Part shown: piece by piece, positions 9,580 to 18,905 of the stretch
How the letters are laid out: each line of letters opens with the position of its first letter
Numbering within the stretch: the first letter of the stretch is position 1
Source: a virus
Direction: 5' to 3' (one strand)
Length of the DNA stretch: 44,269 nt
IMG/VR virus record: IMGVR_UViG_3300032204_000007
Position numbers and translations under genes: made by a program
The notes under the pieces: model-generated
The model's input: only the letters and a program-made list of their open reading frames with translations
Told to the model about the DNA's origin: nothing
The model's database searches: none

Positions 9580-10586
9580 AGCTCGACCAACTGAACGAAT
9601 ACGGCATCCACCTGCCGCGCGGCGCCGAGCTGCTGGATGGCCCGGCGCTGACCAAGCTGGTTTCCGCCATGGACGCGGCCGGCCCGCTGGTCACCCAATC
9701 CAACAACGGCATCCCCGCGATGCTCACCAACTACTTCGACCCCCGTGTGATCGAAGTGCTGGTGGCGCCGATGAACGCCGAGCTGCTTTATGGCGCGGTG
9801 CAGAAGGGCGACTGGGCGACGAACACCACGACGTTCATGACCGTGGAAACCACCGGTGAAACGGCGACCTACGGCGACTACAGCGAGAACGGTCAGTCGA
9901 GCCATAACGCCAACTTCCCGCAACGTCAGTCCTATGGGTACCAGACGAACACGCAGTGGGGTGACAAGCAGATGGCTGTGGCTGCCAAGGCCCGCTTGAA
10001 CTACACGCAACGCCAGCAGGTCGCATCGGCGCTGATCCTGCGCAAGAAGGAAAACGCCATCTTCTTGTCGGGTGTGGCCGGCTTGCAGAACTATGGCCTG
10101 ATGAACGACCCGGCACTGATCGCACCTGTGGCGCCGACCACCGGCGCGGGCGGCAACACGTGGGCGCTGAAGACCTCCGACGAGATCTACGCCGACTTCG
10201 TGCTGCTGTGGGCAAATGCGATCGCCCAAGGCAATGGCCTAATCAACACCAAGTCCGAGGCGACGGTTGGCATCCCCAATGTCGTCGAGCAAAACCTGAC
10301 GAAGCAGAACAGCTACGGCCAGGTGCTCAAGGATCGGCTGAAGCTGGCCTATCCCAACATGACGATCGAGACCATCCCCGAGTTCGCCACGGCTGGCGGC
10401 AACCTGGTGCAGATGATCATCAAGAACGTCGAGGGCCAACCCACGGGCGAACTGGCCTACGCCGAGCGCATGCGCGCCCACGGCGTGGTGCGCCACTCGT
10501 CCTTCTACTCCGAGAAGAAGTCGGGCCACGCCTGGGGCGCGGTGATCTATTACCCGAACTTCATCGCCCAAATGCTGGGGGTCTGA
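9576..10586 (+). CDS. major capsid protein (DUF2184-like, HK97 fold)
   Basis: 336 aa. The N-terminus MKLDQLNEYG...NNGIPAMLTNYFDP and the position match the DUF2184 capsid family. Confidence 0.8.
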   Translation: MKLDQLNEYGIHLPRGAELLDGPALTKLVSAMDAAGPLVTQSNNGIPAMLTNYFDPRVIEVLVAPMNAELLYGAVQKGDWATNTTTFMTVETTGETATYGDYSENGQSSHNANFPQRQSYGYQTNTQWGDKQMAVAAKARLNYTQRQQVASALILRKKENAIFLSGVAGLQNYGLMNDPALIAPVAPTTGAGGNTWALKTSDEIYADFVLLWANAIAQGNGLINTKSEATVGIPNVVEQNLTKQNSYGQVLKDRLKLAYPNMTIETIPEFATAGGNLVQMIIKNVEGQPTGELAYAERMRAHGVVRHSSFYSEKKSGHAWGAVIYYPNFIAQMLGV

Positions 10587-10587
10587 C

Positions 10588-10986
10588 ATGGCAGAAGCAC
10601 AGGAAACGAAAGTGGCAAAGACGATCAAGGTGTACTGCAAACTGCCGCATGGCATCCGCTACACGATGCCTGATGGCCGCGAGGTGCGTCTGGTCGGCAT
10701 GTACGGCGACGAGCGTTCGTCGCTGCAGGTGGCGGGCATGCCGGGCCGCGACGCAGTTGCGGGCTTCGGCGTGACCCCGGTGGACGCCGAAGACTGGGCG
10801 CAGATCGTGAAGGATCACGGCAAGTCGGCCGCGCACGTGAACGAGTTCATCTTTGCCGCCAAGGATGACAAGTCCGGCGAGGCGCAGGCGACCGATCTGG
10901 AAAGCGCCAAGACGGGCTTCGAGCCGTACGATCCGACCGCCCATCCGGAAGACAAGTCGGCCGACGGGACGGCCAAGGCCGCGTAA
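10588..10986 (+). CDS. hypothetical head-associated protein
   Basis: Listed ORF immediately after the capsid gene. Confidence 0.45.
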   Translation: MAEAQETKVAKTIKVYCKLPHGIRYTMPDGREVRLVGMYGDERSSLQVAGMPGRDAVAGFGVTPVDAEDWAQIVKDHGKSAAHVNEFIFAAKDDKSGEAQATDLESAKTGFEPYDPTAHPEDKSADGTAKAA

Positions 10987-10989
10987 GCC

Positions 10990-11400
10990 ATGGACGGCGT
11001 CGTCACGTTCGACCCTGCGGCCTTCGTGCTGCAGTTCCCGGCGTTCACGATGGTGCCGTCCGCCACCCTCACCATGTATTTCGGCATGGCTGAGGACTTC
11101 CTCAACAACACCCCCGCCTCCGTTGTGCAGGATCTGACGATCCGCACGAACCTGCTCTATCTCATCACCGCCCACATCGCGTTCCTCATGGGGCGCGCCA
11201 GCGCGGGTGATGGCTCCCAGGCGGCGCTGGTCGGCCAGATGGTTGGCGCTACCGAGGGCACCGTCAATGCCACCTTTGCCCAGGTGCAGGCGCAGAACGC
11301 GACCTTCTGGGCGCAGAGCCAGTACGGCCTGCTCTTCTGGCAGATGGCGCTGCCTTACCGCACGTTCCGGTATTTCGCCGCTCCCCATGTGTGCAGCTAA
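10990..11400 (+). CDS. head-tail connector protein (DUF4054-like)
   Basis: The pattern FDPAAFVLQFPAF...YFGMAEDFL...LLYLITAHIA resembles DUF4054 adaptor proteins. Confidence 0.6.
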   Translation: MDGVVTFDPAAFVLQFPAFTMVPSATLTMYFGMAEDFLNNTPASVVQDLTIRTNLLYLITAHIAFLMGRASAGDGSQAALVGQMVGATEGTVNATFAQVQAQNATFWAQSQYGLLFWQMALPYRTFRYFAAPHVCS

Positions 11401-11866
11401 GGTTGCCGGCGGCACCAAGCTGGAAACCGCTCTCGCGCAATACCTGAAGGGGACGAACAAGACCATGCGCGCCGGCATCCTTGAAGGCTCCGCCTACCCG
11501 GACGGCACGCCCACGGCGATGGTCGCCTTCTGGAACGAATACGGCACGTCGCGCGAGGTCAACGGCAAGACGGCCGTGACGCCGCCGCGCCCGTTCATGC
11601 GCACTACCGCCCGGGAGAAGGGCAAACGCTGGTCGAAGGTCGTCGGCGCGACGGTGCAGCGCAATGGCGGCGATTTCGACGGTGCGCTGCGCATGGCAGG
11701 CGAGGCCGCCATGACGGACATCAAACAGACCATCGCGACGTTCACCGATCCGCCGAATAAGCCGTCGACCATCGAGAAGAAGGGCCACGGGCAAGTGCTG
11801 CGCGACACGAAGCACATGATGAACTCGGTGGCCTACGACATCGTTGACGGCGAGGTGTCGGAATGA
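11387..11866 (+). CDS. head-tail joining protein (HK97 gp10-like)
   Basis: An internal ATG of ORF 11207..11866 overlaps the upstream gene's end. The call rests on the motif FWNEYGT...PPRPFM and on position. Confidence 0.5.
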   Translation: MCAAKVAGGTKLETALAQYLKGTNKTMRAGILEGSAYPDGTPTAMVAFWNEYGTSREVNGKTAVTPPRPFMRTTAREKGKRWSKVVGATVQRNGGDFDGALRMAGEAAMTDIKQTIATFTDPPNKPSTIEKKGHGQVLRDTKHMMNSVAYDIVDGEVSE

Positions 11867-12258
11867 ACTTGCATGGCGTGGTGAAAGGCGTGATCGGCGC
11901 GGTGAACCCGCATGTGCCCGCCACGCTCCAGCGCAGCAACGGCTACACGACGGCAGCTGACGGTGGCCGCACGCCGATCTATACCACCTCGACCGAAAAC
12001 GTGCAGGTGCAGGCACTGTCCGCGAAGGAGATCCAGCATCTCGACGGCCTGAACATCGGCGGCGTGCTGCGCAAGGCCTATCTCGACGGCGACTGGCGCA
12101 GCGTGTACCGCCCAGGGCAGGGCGGGGGTGACCGCTTTCAGTTCGGTACCGGCATCGGTATCCCGGTCAACCTCCAGGGCACGACATGGCTCGTGGTGCA
12201 GCCGTTGGAGACCTGGTCGGATTGGTGCTCGCTGGCGATTCAACTACAGATGGGGTGA
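11863..12258 (+). CDS. hypothetical neck/tail completion protein
   Basis: Listed ORF with ATGA coupling. Confidence 0.45.
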   Translation: MNLHGVVKGVIGAVNPHVPATLQRSNGYTTAADGGRTPIYTTSTENVQVQALSAKEIQHLDGLNIGGVLRKAYLDGDWRSVYRPGQGGGDRFQFGTGIGIPVNLQGTTWLVVQPLETWSDWCSLAIQLQMG

Positions 12259-12262
12259 GGCC

Positions 12263-12622
12263 ATGGCAAAGCTCAAACGCGATACGCGCGGTGCGCTCCT
12301 GTTTGATTGCCCATGCGGCAGCCTGCACGTGATTTACCCGAAAGGGTGCGAAGTGCCAGAGCGCCCACGCTGGGCGTGGAACGGCAGCCTGGAATTGCCG
12401 ACGTTCACCCCGAGTCTGCTCGTGACATGGAGCCACCCGGCCGCACTGGGTGATGAGCTGCATGCGCAGCTTGAGCGCAAGCGTGCCGATCCGACGTATG
12501 CGATCCCGTACAAAGAGCATCGCTGCCACTCGTTCATCACCGACGGCAAGATCGCTTTCTGCGGCGACAGCACGCACGCTCTGGCCGGCCAAACCGTCGA
12601 GATCCCTGACTGGGAAGACTGA
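12263..12622 (+). CDS. small Cys/His protein (DUF6527-like) inserted in the tail module
   Basis: Internal ATG of ORF 12128..12622. The sequence FDCPCG...H ... RCHSFITDGKIAFCGDSTHALAGQTVEIP matches the family I recall as DUF6527. Confidence 0.5.
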   Translation: MAKLKRDTRGALLFDCPCGSLHVIYPKGCEVPERPRWAWNGSLELPTFTPSLLVTWSHPAALGDELHAQLERKRADPTYAIPYKEHRCHSFITDGKIAFCGDSTHALAGQTVEIPDWED

Positions 12623-12624
12623 CG

Positions 12625-13170
12625 ATGCCCGCGACCATCACCATCAAGGAAACCGACGTCTTCACGGCGCTGCGCTCGTTCCTGATCGGCATCCTGCCTA
12701 CCGGCGTGGAGGTCGTGAAGTCACAGAACAACGGCGTGGCCGAGCCGGTGGGCGCCGACTTCGTGGTGATGAATGCCATCACCATGCCGCGGCTCTCGAC
12801 GAACGTCGACACCTTCACCGACCCAGGCACTGGCATCGGCACGCGCAACTCCGAAGTCTCGATGGCCATGCATGTGCAACTTGACGTGCACGGCCCGAAC
12901 TCGGCGGACAACACCGCGATCATCGCGACGCTGTTTCGCGACGATTATGGGTGCATCGCTTTAGCTTCCGTAAATTCACAAATTCAACCGCTTTATTGTG
13001 AAGAACCGAAGCAAATGCCATTTATTAACGGTGAAAACCAATTTGAACAGCGTTGGATTATTGACGCTGCTATTCAGTACAATCCAATCACTCAAACGCC
13101 GCAGGATTTCGCAGATTCCGTCACGGTCAATACGACCAGCGTTCAAGCGGCATATCCACCCGGAGCCTAA
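12625..13170 (+). CDS. putative tail terminator / sheath-proximal protein
   Basis: Listed ORF directly upstream of the sheath gene. Assigned by position only. Confidence 0.4.
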   Translation: MPATITIKETDVFTALRSFLIGILPTGVEVVKSQNNGVAEPVGADFVVMNAITMPRLSTNVDTFTDPGTGIGTRNSEVSMAMHVQLDVHGPNSADNTAIIATLFRDDYGCIALASVNSQIQPLYCEEPKQMPFINGENQFEQRWIIDAAIQYNPITQTPQDFADSVTVNTTSVQAAYPPGA

Positions 13171-13173
13171 ACC

Positions 13174-14904
13174 ATGTCGATCCCGGCATCCCTTATCGCC
13201 AATGCGATTCCGAGCGTCATCAGCGCGGGCGGCTCGGCGCTCGATCTGGTGGGGGTTATCCTCACGAACAATCCGCGCGTGCCAATTGGCAGCGCTCCGA
13301 GTTTGTCAACTGCGGCCGGTGCATTGGCTGTCCAGAATTATTTCGGCGCTAATTCTCTTGAGGCATCGTTGGCCGCTATTTATGCAAAAGGCTTCGATAA
13401 TTCGACGAAAAAGCCCGGTGCAATTCTTTTTATGCAGTATCCGCAAACGCCGGTTGCCGCTTATTTGCGCGGCGGCTCGCTGGCGGCGATGACGCTTTCG
13501 CAACTGCAGGCGCTATCGGGCTCGCTGTCGGCGGTGGTGGATGGATTCACGTGGGCGGCTGCCTCGATCAACCTGGCGACCGCGTCGAGCTTCTCGGCAG
13601 CCGCCGCAGCGATCCAAGCAGCACTGGCTGCTACGACGCAGACGGCCGCTGCGTTCACTGGTGCGATCAGCGGCACGACCCTCACAGTGTCCGCGATCAC
13701 GACCGGCGCTGTCGCCATTGGCCAGCAGCTCACCGGCACCGGCATCGCTGCCGGCACGGTGGTCACCGGCTTCCTGACCGGCACTGGCGGCGCGGGTACC
13801 TACACGGTGAACAACTCGCAGACAGTGGCCAGCGAATCGATGACCGGCTCGTTTGTCGCACCGGCTGTCAGCTTCGACAGCGTGTCCAGCGCCTTCGTGG
13901 TCACCTCCAACATCACCGGCGCAGCCTCAACAATCGCGTATGCCACCGGCACCCTGGCGGCCGGCCTCGCACTCACGCTGGCCACCGGTGCCGTGCTGTC
14001 GCAGGGTGCCATCGCATCGACACCTGCCGGCGCCATGGCCGCGTTGGTGCGCTTGACGACCAACTGGGCGTCGTTCATGACGGCCTTCGACCCGGACAAC
14101 GGCTCGGGCAACGCCCAGAAGCAAGCGTTCGGCAACTGGACGGCACAGCAGAACAACCGTTACCTGTACGCCGCATGGGACACCGACCAGAGCCCGACGG
14201 CGATCCTTCCGGCGGTCTCCTCGCTCGGTTACATCGCTGAGCAGGCCGAAATGTCGGGCGTCGCGACGATCTACCAGGACGTGAAACAGGCGGCGTTCCT
14301 GATGGGGATGGTCGCCTCGATCGACTTCAGTGCCGAGAACGGCCGCATCACGACGTCGTTCAAGTCGCAGTCGGGTCTGGCGGCTACCGTCACCGACCCG
14401 ACGGTGTACACGAACCTGAAGGGCAACGGCTACAACTGCTATGGCGCGTTCGCGACGGCCAACGATCAGTTCACGTTCTTCACGCCTGGCCAGATTGCCG
14501 GCCAGTACGAGTGGATCGACTCATACGTCAACCAGATCTGGCTGAACAACCAGTTCCAGCTCGCGATCATGACGGGCCTGACGCAATCGAACTCGGTGCC
14601 CTACAACGTCACCGGCGACACGCTGATCGAGGCGTGGCTGTTGGACCCCATCACCCGATTCGCGGACTTCGGCGGCCTGCAAGGCGGTGTGCAACTGTCG
14701 GCAGCGCAGGCGGCTGAGGTGAACATGGCCGCGGGCCTGGCCATCGACTCGGTGCTGTCGACGCGCGGGTGGTATCTGCAGGTGCTCGCATCCAAGACGG
14801 CAGCCCAGATCCGCGCCGCTCGTCAATCGCCGCCGGTCAATTTCTGGTACATGGACGGCGGTTCGGTCCAAGTAATCCAGATGGCATCGGTCATGGTTCA
14901 GTAA
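13174..14904 (+). CDS. tail sheath protein (DUF3383-like) with an inserted Gly/Thr-rich domain
   Basis: 576 aa, upstream of the tube gene. The N-terminus [16 protein letters not shown] is DUF3383-like. The insert reads [37 protein letters not shown]...[11 protein letters not shown]. Confidence 0.65.
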   Translation: MSIPASLIANAIPSVISAGGSALDLVGVILTNNPRVPIGSAPSLSTAAGALAVQNYFGANSLEASLAAIYAKGFDNSTKKPGAILFMQYPQTPVAAYLRGGSLAAMTLSQLQALSGSLSAVVDGFTWAAASINLATASSFSAAAAAIQAALAATTQTAAAFTGAISGTTLTVSAITTGAVAIGQQLTGTGIAAGTVVTGFLTGTGGAGTYTVNNSQTVASESMTGSFVAPAVSFDSVSSAFVVTSNITGAASTIAYATGTLAAGLALTLATGAVLSQGAIASTPAGAMAALVRLTTNWASFMTAFDPDNGSGNAQKQAFGNWTAQQNNRYLYAAWDTDQSPTAILPAVSSLGYIAEQAEMSGVATIYQDVKQAAFLMGMVASIDFSAENGRITTSFKSQSGLAATVTDPTVYTNLKGNGYNCYGAFATANDQFTFFTPGQIAGQYEWIDSYVNQIWLNNQFQLAIMTGLTQSNSVPYNVTGDTLIEAWLLDPITRFADFGGLQGGVQLSAAQAAEVNMAAGLAIDSVLSTRGWYLQVLASKTAAQIRAARQSPPVNFWYMDGGSVQVIQMASVMVQ

Positions 14905-14916
14905 GGAGAAAACAAC

Positions 14917-15351
14917 ATGGCAGGCTCCATCACCAGCGCAAACAGCCAGATCATGCTGTCGGTCATCCCGGTCTTCCCGGTGGCACAGCAGATGCAGGGC
15001 TACGCGGCCGAAGACATCTTCGACACGGATGACGTCGATCTGGCTGAAATTCAGCTCGGTCTCGACGGCAAGCAGTCCAGCGGCTGGGTGCCGCACAACG
15101 TGAAGTGGCGCATCACCCTGATGGCGAACTCGCCGTCGGTGTCGTTCTTCGACACGCTGATCGCCGCCCAGGACGCGATCCAGGACACGTTCTCGCTCTC
15201 CGGTGTCGTCAAGCTGCCCGGACCGGGCCGCAAGTTCGCCATGAACAACGGCACGCTCACGCGCGGCAAGATCATGCCGGATGGCAAGAAGACGCTGCAG
15301 CCGCAGACCTACGAAATCACCTGGGAGTCGGTGCACCCGGCACCGGTCTGA
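14917..15351 (+). CDS. tail tube protein (DUF3277-like)
   Basis: Strong RBS aaggag. The 144-aa size and position after the sheath gene support the call. Confidence 0.65.
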   Translation: MAGSITSANSQIMLSVIPVFPVAQQMQGYAAEDIFDTDDVDLAEIQLGLDGKQSSGWVPHNVKWRITLMANSPSVSFFDTLIAAQDAIQDTFSLSGVVKLPGPGRKFAMNNGTLTRGKIMPDGKKTLQPQTYEITWESVHPAPV

Positions 15352-15352
15352 T

Positions 15353-15802
15353 ATGGCGCGCAAGACCACGACCTTCACCGCTACCGACGGCCGCGACAAG
15401 GGCAAGCGGTTCCTCGTCACCGAAATGTCGGCATACCGCTCGGAAGAGTGGGCGGCGCGCGCTCTGTTCGCCGTCATGCAGAGCGGCGTCGAGGTGCCCG
15501 ACGAGGTTCTGTCGGCAGGATTCGCTGGCATCGCTGCCATCGGCATCAAGGCGCTGACGAAGGTGCCATTCGAGCTGGCCAAGCCTCTATTCGACGAGAT
15601 GATGACCTGCGTGCAATTCGAGTTTGTTGCGGGGCAGGAGGGCGGCGCCCGCGCGTTGGTGGAGGGCGAGAACGGCGACATCGAGGAAGTCGCCACCCGC
15701 CTGAAGCTGCGCAAAGTGGTGCTCGACCTGCATCTCGAGTCTTTTATCGCCGCCGCCCCATCAACGCAGGCTTCTGGGTCGGCGAATCAAGCGGCGGCCT
15801 GA
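15353..15802 (+). CDS. tail assembly chaperone
   Basis: Internal ATG of ORF 15281..15802, positioned between the tube and tape measure genes. Confidence 0.6.
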   Translation: MARKTTTFTATDGRDKGKRFLVTEMSAYRSEEWAARALFAVMQSGVEVPDEVLSAGFAGIAAIGIKALTKVPFELAKPLFDEMMTCVQFEFVAGQEGGARALVEGENGDIEEVATRLKLRKVVLDLHLESFIAAAPSTQASGSANQAAA

Positions 15803-15969
15803 TCGACTATCCGAATGTGCCGCGCAGCATTGGCGCGGTGCTGTCGAGCAGGCGCGCCAGCCTGATCGAGCTTCAGACTTTCTACGGCCAGGAAGACCTG
15901 CATGACCTGCTCGAAATAATCATCGTCGACAGCCACAACGAGCGCGTCGCGATGGAACGGAGAAAGTGA
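15353..15969 (+). CDS. possible -1 frameshift fusion product of the tail assembly chaperone (G/GT-like)
   Basis: The -1 frame (ORF 15448..15969) is open across the chaperone 3' end and stops exactly at the tape-measure start. I found no canonical XXXYYYZ heptamer. The best candidate is the U-run tcttttat near 15740. An independent GTG start near 15826 is an alternative. Confidence 0.3.
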
Positions 15970-17948
15970 CCGTGGCGACGATCGTAGACGCGCTAGTTGT
16001 TACCCTCGGCCTGGATGCCGCAGCGTTCAAGCGCGGCAAGGCCGAAGCATCGCAGGCAACCAAGAAACTCACCGCAGAAGAGGCCCGCGCGGCCAAAGAG
16101 ATCGAGGAGCGCAACAAGCGCGCCGCCGACTCATTCAAGCGTCTGCGCACCGAGGTGCTGGCGCTCGTCACCATCTTCACCGCTGGCCTGGGCATCAAGG
16201 GCCTGGCCGATTTCACCGCCGACACCATCAAGGGTGCCATCGCCACCGGGCAACTCGCGCGGGAACTGAATATGGTCCCCGGCGAGGTGCGTGCGATCGA
16301 GCAGAGCTTCGATCGGCTGGGCGCATCCGCTGGCGATGCCGACGAGGCGCTCAAGGGTATCCAGGAACAGGCCGCCAAGCTGAAGAGCGGCGAGCTCGAC
16401 AAGCGGTTGGAGTCCTACCTGCTGAATGCCAGTCGCGCCGGCGTCAGCGCAGACGTGAGCGACGCCAACGACCCCATCAAGAAGCTGGAGCGCGACGCAG
16501 AGATCGCACAGAAGCTCGCGCAGACGCAGGGCACTGGCTTTGCCATCCTGGCGATGCAGCAAGAGGGCTACACCCGCGCGATGGCCTATGCGTTGATGCA
16601 GGGCCCGCAGGCGCTGCGCGCAGAGATGGAACGCCAGCAGAAGCTCAACGAACTGTCGGAGCAGGAAACCGACCGGCTTCGCGCGCTGAACAACCGCTGG
16701 AAGGATTTCAAGGAAGGCATCGGCAACACCATGCAGCGCGTGGTGATCGCGATGACGCCAGCGTTTGAGACGATCATGAAGCTGCTCGAACGCCTGTCCG
16801 ATTGGTTCTCCGCTCACTCCGACCAGATCGGCGCGCAGGTGGGCGAGATGGCCGAACAGTTCGCCGCCTGGGTGACCAGCGTCAACTGGACGCAGGTGAT
16901 CGCCGACGTGAAGAGCTTTTTCGAGGAGCTCGATAAGGGCGTGCAGGTGCTGGGCGGCTGGAAGGTCGTGCTGATGGCGCTGCTCGGGTTGAAGATTCTC
17001 TCGATGGTAGCTCCCGTCCTGCAGCTCGCCGGTGCGCTTGGTGGGCTTGGCGCATCGCTCGGTGTGATCGGAACCGTGGGCGGGGCTGCCCTCGCTGTGC
17101 TGGCCGGCCTCGGCATTGCGAAAGCACTTGGCCTGCCAGATACCGAAAAGGCGAAAGGCATCGAAGACATCAAGAAGGGGAAGTGGGGCGCAGCATCCGC
17201 CGACCTGCCGGCGGCCGACTTCCTCGCTGCGCTGGCGGCCAAGGCCACCGGCAAGTCGAACGAGGATGTGGCGGCGTTCCTGACGCTTCCCGACGATCTG
17301 GTAAAGAAGGCCGGACCGACTGCCGTCGACGCGGCGCTCGCTACCCAGCGAAAGTACGGCGTGCCCGCCGCGGTGACACTCGGTCAGTACGGCCTTGAGA
17401 GCAGTTTCGGCAAGCGCATGCCGGCCGGCAGCAACAATCCGTTCGGCATCAAGGAAACCGCGGGCCAGCCCTACGTCGAAGCAGAGACCACCGAGGTCGT
17501 CAACGGCGTCAGCAAGCGCGTGATGCAGCGGTTCGCCAAATATGACTCGCTGGCCGATGCCTTTGACGCGCACGGGAAGCTGCTCGCTACGGGCAGCGCC
17601 TACGCGGAAGCCCGCAAGCATGCCGACGACCCTGCCGCTTATGCCGCTGCGCTGACCGGCAAGTACGCCACCGATCCTCAGTACGGCGCCAAGCTGCAGG
17701 CCATGATGGGTTCGACCGCGCTGCAGCAGGCGAACGCTGCGCAGATCGCGCAGCAGAGCGCGCGTGCGACCGCATCTGCGTTGTCCACTGCTGGTGCACC
17801 TGCGAGCACGCCCACAAGCGAGACGAACATCAACGGGCCGATCAACGTCTACACCCAGGCGACGGATGCCGCCGGCATCGCGCGCGACTTCGCGCCCGCC
17901 GTGCAGCGACAGTCGATGGTGGCCCAAGCCAACACGGGGCTGAGCTGA
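15966..17948 (+). CDS. tape measure protein with a C-terminal glucosaminidase (FlgJ-like) peptidoglycan hydrolase domain
   Basis: GTG start overlapping the upstream TGA. It has a coiled-coil N-terminus and a central TM-like block (LMALLGLKILSMVAPVLQLAGALGGLG...). The C-terminus LGQYGLESSFGKRMPAGSNNPFGIK...YATDPQYGAKL is typical of the glucosaminidase domain. Confidence 0.8.
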   Translation: MTVATIVDALVVTLGLDAAAFKRGKAEASQATKKLTAEEARAAKEIEERNKRAADSFKRLRTEVLALVTIFTAGLGIKGLADFTADTIKGAIATGQLARELNMVPGEVRAIEQSFDRLGASAGDADEALKGIQEQAAKLKSGELDKRLESYLLNASRAGVSADVSDANDPIKKLERDAEIAQKLAQTQGTGFAILAMQQEGYTRAMAYALMQGPQALRAEMERQQKLNELSEQETDRLRALNNRWKDFKEGIGNTMQRVVIAMTPAFETIMKLLERLSDWFSAHSDQIGAQVGEMAEQFAAWVTSVNWTQVIADVKSFFEELDKGVQVLGGWKVVLMALLGLKILSMVAPVLQLAGALGGLGASLGVIGTVGGAALAVLAGLGIAKALGLPDTEKAKGIEDIKKGKWGAASADLPAADFLAALAAKATGKSNEDVAAFLTLPDDLVKKAGPTAVDAALATQRKYGVPAAVTLGQYGLESSFGKRMPAGSNNPFGIKETAGQPYVEAETTEVVNGVSKRVMQRFAKYDSLADAFDAHGKLLATGSAYAEARKHADDPAAYAAALTGKYATDPQYGAKLQAMMGSTALQQANAAQIAQQSARATASALSTAGAPASTPTSETNINGPINVYTQATDAAGIARDFAPAVQRQSMVAQANTGLS

Positions 17949-17949
17949 C

Positions 17950-18606
17950 ATGCCGATGCCGACGATTCCCATTCCGGAGTTTCCGGACGTTCCTGCGTTG
18001 CCAGGCGTGCCGCCGGTGCTGCGCGACCCACTCGCCGAGGTCGATCCGTTGCGTCTGGCCGGCCAACTGCTGACCGGTGACCTGCTGGGCATCCTCAATG
18101 ACGCGTTGCGGCCGGTCTGGGGCATCTTCAATAAGGCCGGCAAGCGCGTGATCTCCGCTGACACCGTGACGACGCTGGAATATCGCGGCGACTCGCGGGT
18201 GTCGGACTATCCGCAGGAGCAGGGCGCCTTTGCCTCCTACAACAAGGTGCAGATCCCATACGAGGCCCGCGTGCAGCTCATCTGCGGGCGCCTGGTGCCG
18301 TTCCGCGCCAAGTTCCTGGATCAGATCGAAGCGGCCAAGCAGTCGACCGACCTCTACAAGATCGTCACGCCAGAGCGCGTCTATACCAACGCGAATGTGG
18401 TTGCCTACGACACGCGGCGGGAAGTGAAGGATGGCGCGACGCTGGTGAAGGTCAACGTGCATATCGAAGAGATCCGCGTGACGGCTGCCGCCCAGTTCTC
18501 GAACACCCAGAACCCGGCATCGGCCAACACGGCTTCGCAGGGTCAGGTGCAGCCGCAGGCGCCATCGACGGAACAGTCTGCGCTCATCGGCTCGAAGGGG
18601 GCGTGA
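17950..18606 (+). CDS. hypothetical tail/baseplate protein
   Basis: Listed ORF following the tape measure gene. Confidence 0.45.
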   Translation: MPMPTIPIPEFPDVPALPGVPPVLRDPLAEVDPLRLAGQLLTGDLLGILNDALRPVWGIFNKAGKRVISADTVTTLEYRGDSRVSDYPQEQGAFASYNKVQIPYEARVQLICGRLVPFRAKFLDQIEAAKQSTDLYKIVTPERVYTNANVVAYDTRREVKDGATLVKVNVHIEEIRVTAAAQFSNTQNPASANTASQGQVQPQAPSTEQSALIGSKGA

Positions 18607-18905
18607 TGCTGATCGTCCCTGTGTCCGCCACGCCTTCGCAGAGCCTTTCCGCGCTGCTCGCCGGCCAGAACTGCCAGATCAACGTCTACCAGAAGACGAC
18701 CGGGCTGTATCTCGACCTGGCGATCAACAACGTGCCAGTCAAGAGCGGCATCATCTGCCGCGATCGCGTCTGGCTGATCCGCCACCCCTATCTCGGCTTC
18801 GTGGGCGATCTCATGTTTGCCGACACGCAGGGCGCCAGCGACTCGTCTTACGACGGTCTGGGCACCCGGTACCTCCTGGTCTACCTGGAGGTGTCAGACC
18901 TATGA
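18603..18905 (+). CDS. hypothetical baseplate-module protein
   Basis: Listed ORF with an overlapping start (GTG 18603 or ATG 18606). Confidence 0.45.
   Translation: MMLIVPVSATPSQSLSALLAGQNCQINVYQKTTGLYLDLAINNVPVKSGIICRDRVWLIRHPYLGFVGDLMFADTQGASDSSYDGLGTRYLLVYLEVSDL

Noticed and set aside
16131-18164. 677-aa minus-strand ORF antisense to the tape measure gene. Similar long antisense or off-frame ORFs include 20992..22527, 8305..9570, 14521..15714, 1274..2224, 28130..29158, 38245..39396 and 37863..38852.
   Set aside because: These are typical shadow ORFs of GC-rich DNA. They are Arg/Ala/Gly/Pro-rich with no recognisable motifs, and they overlap well-supported genes with clear motifs and operon-style coupling on the other strand or frame.
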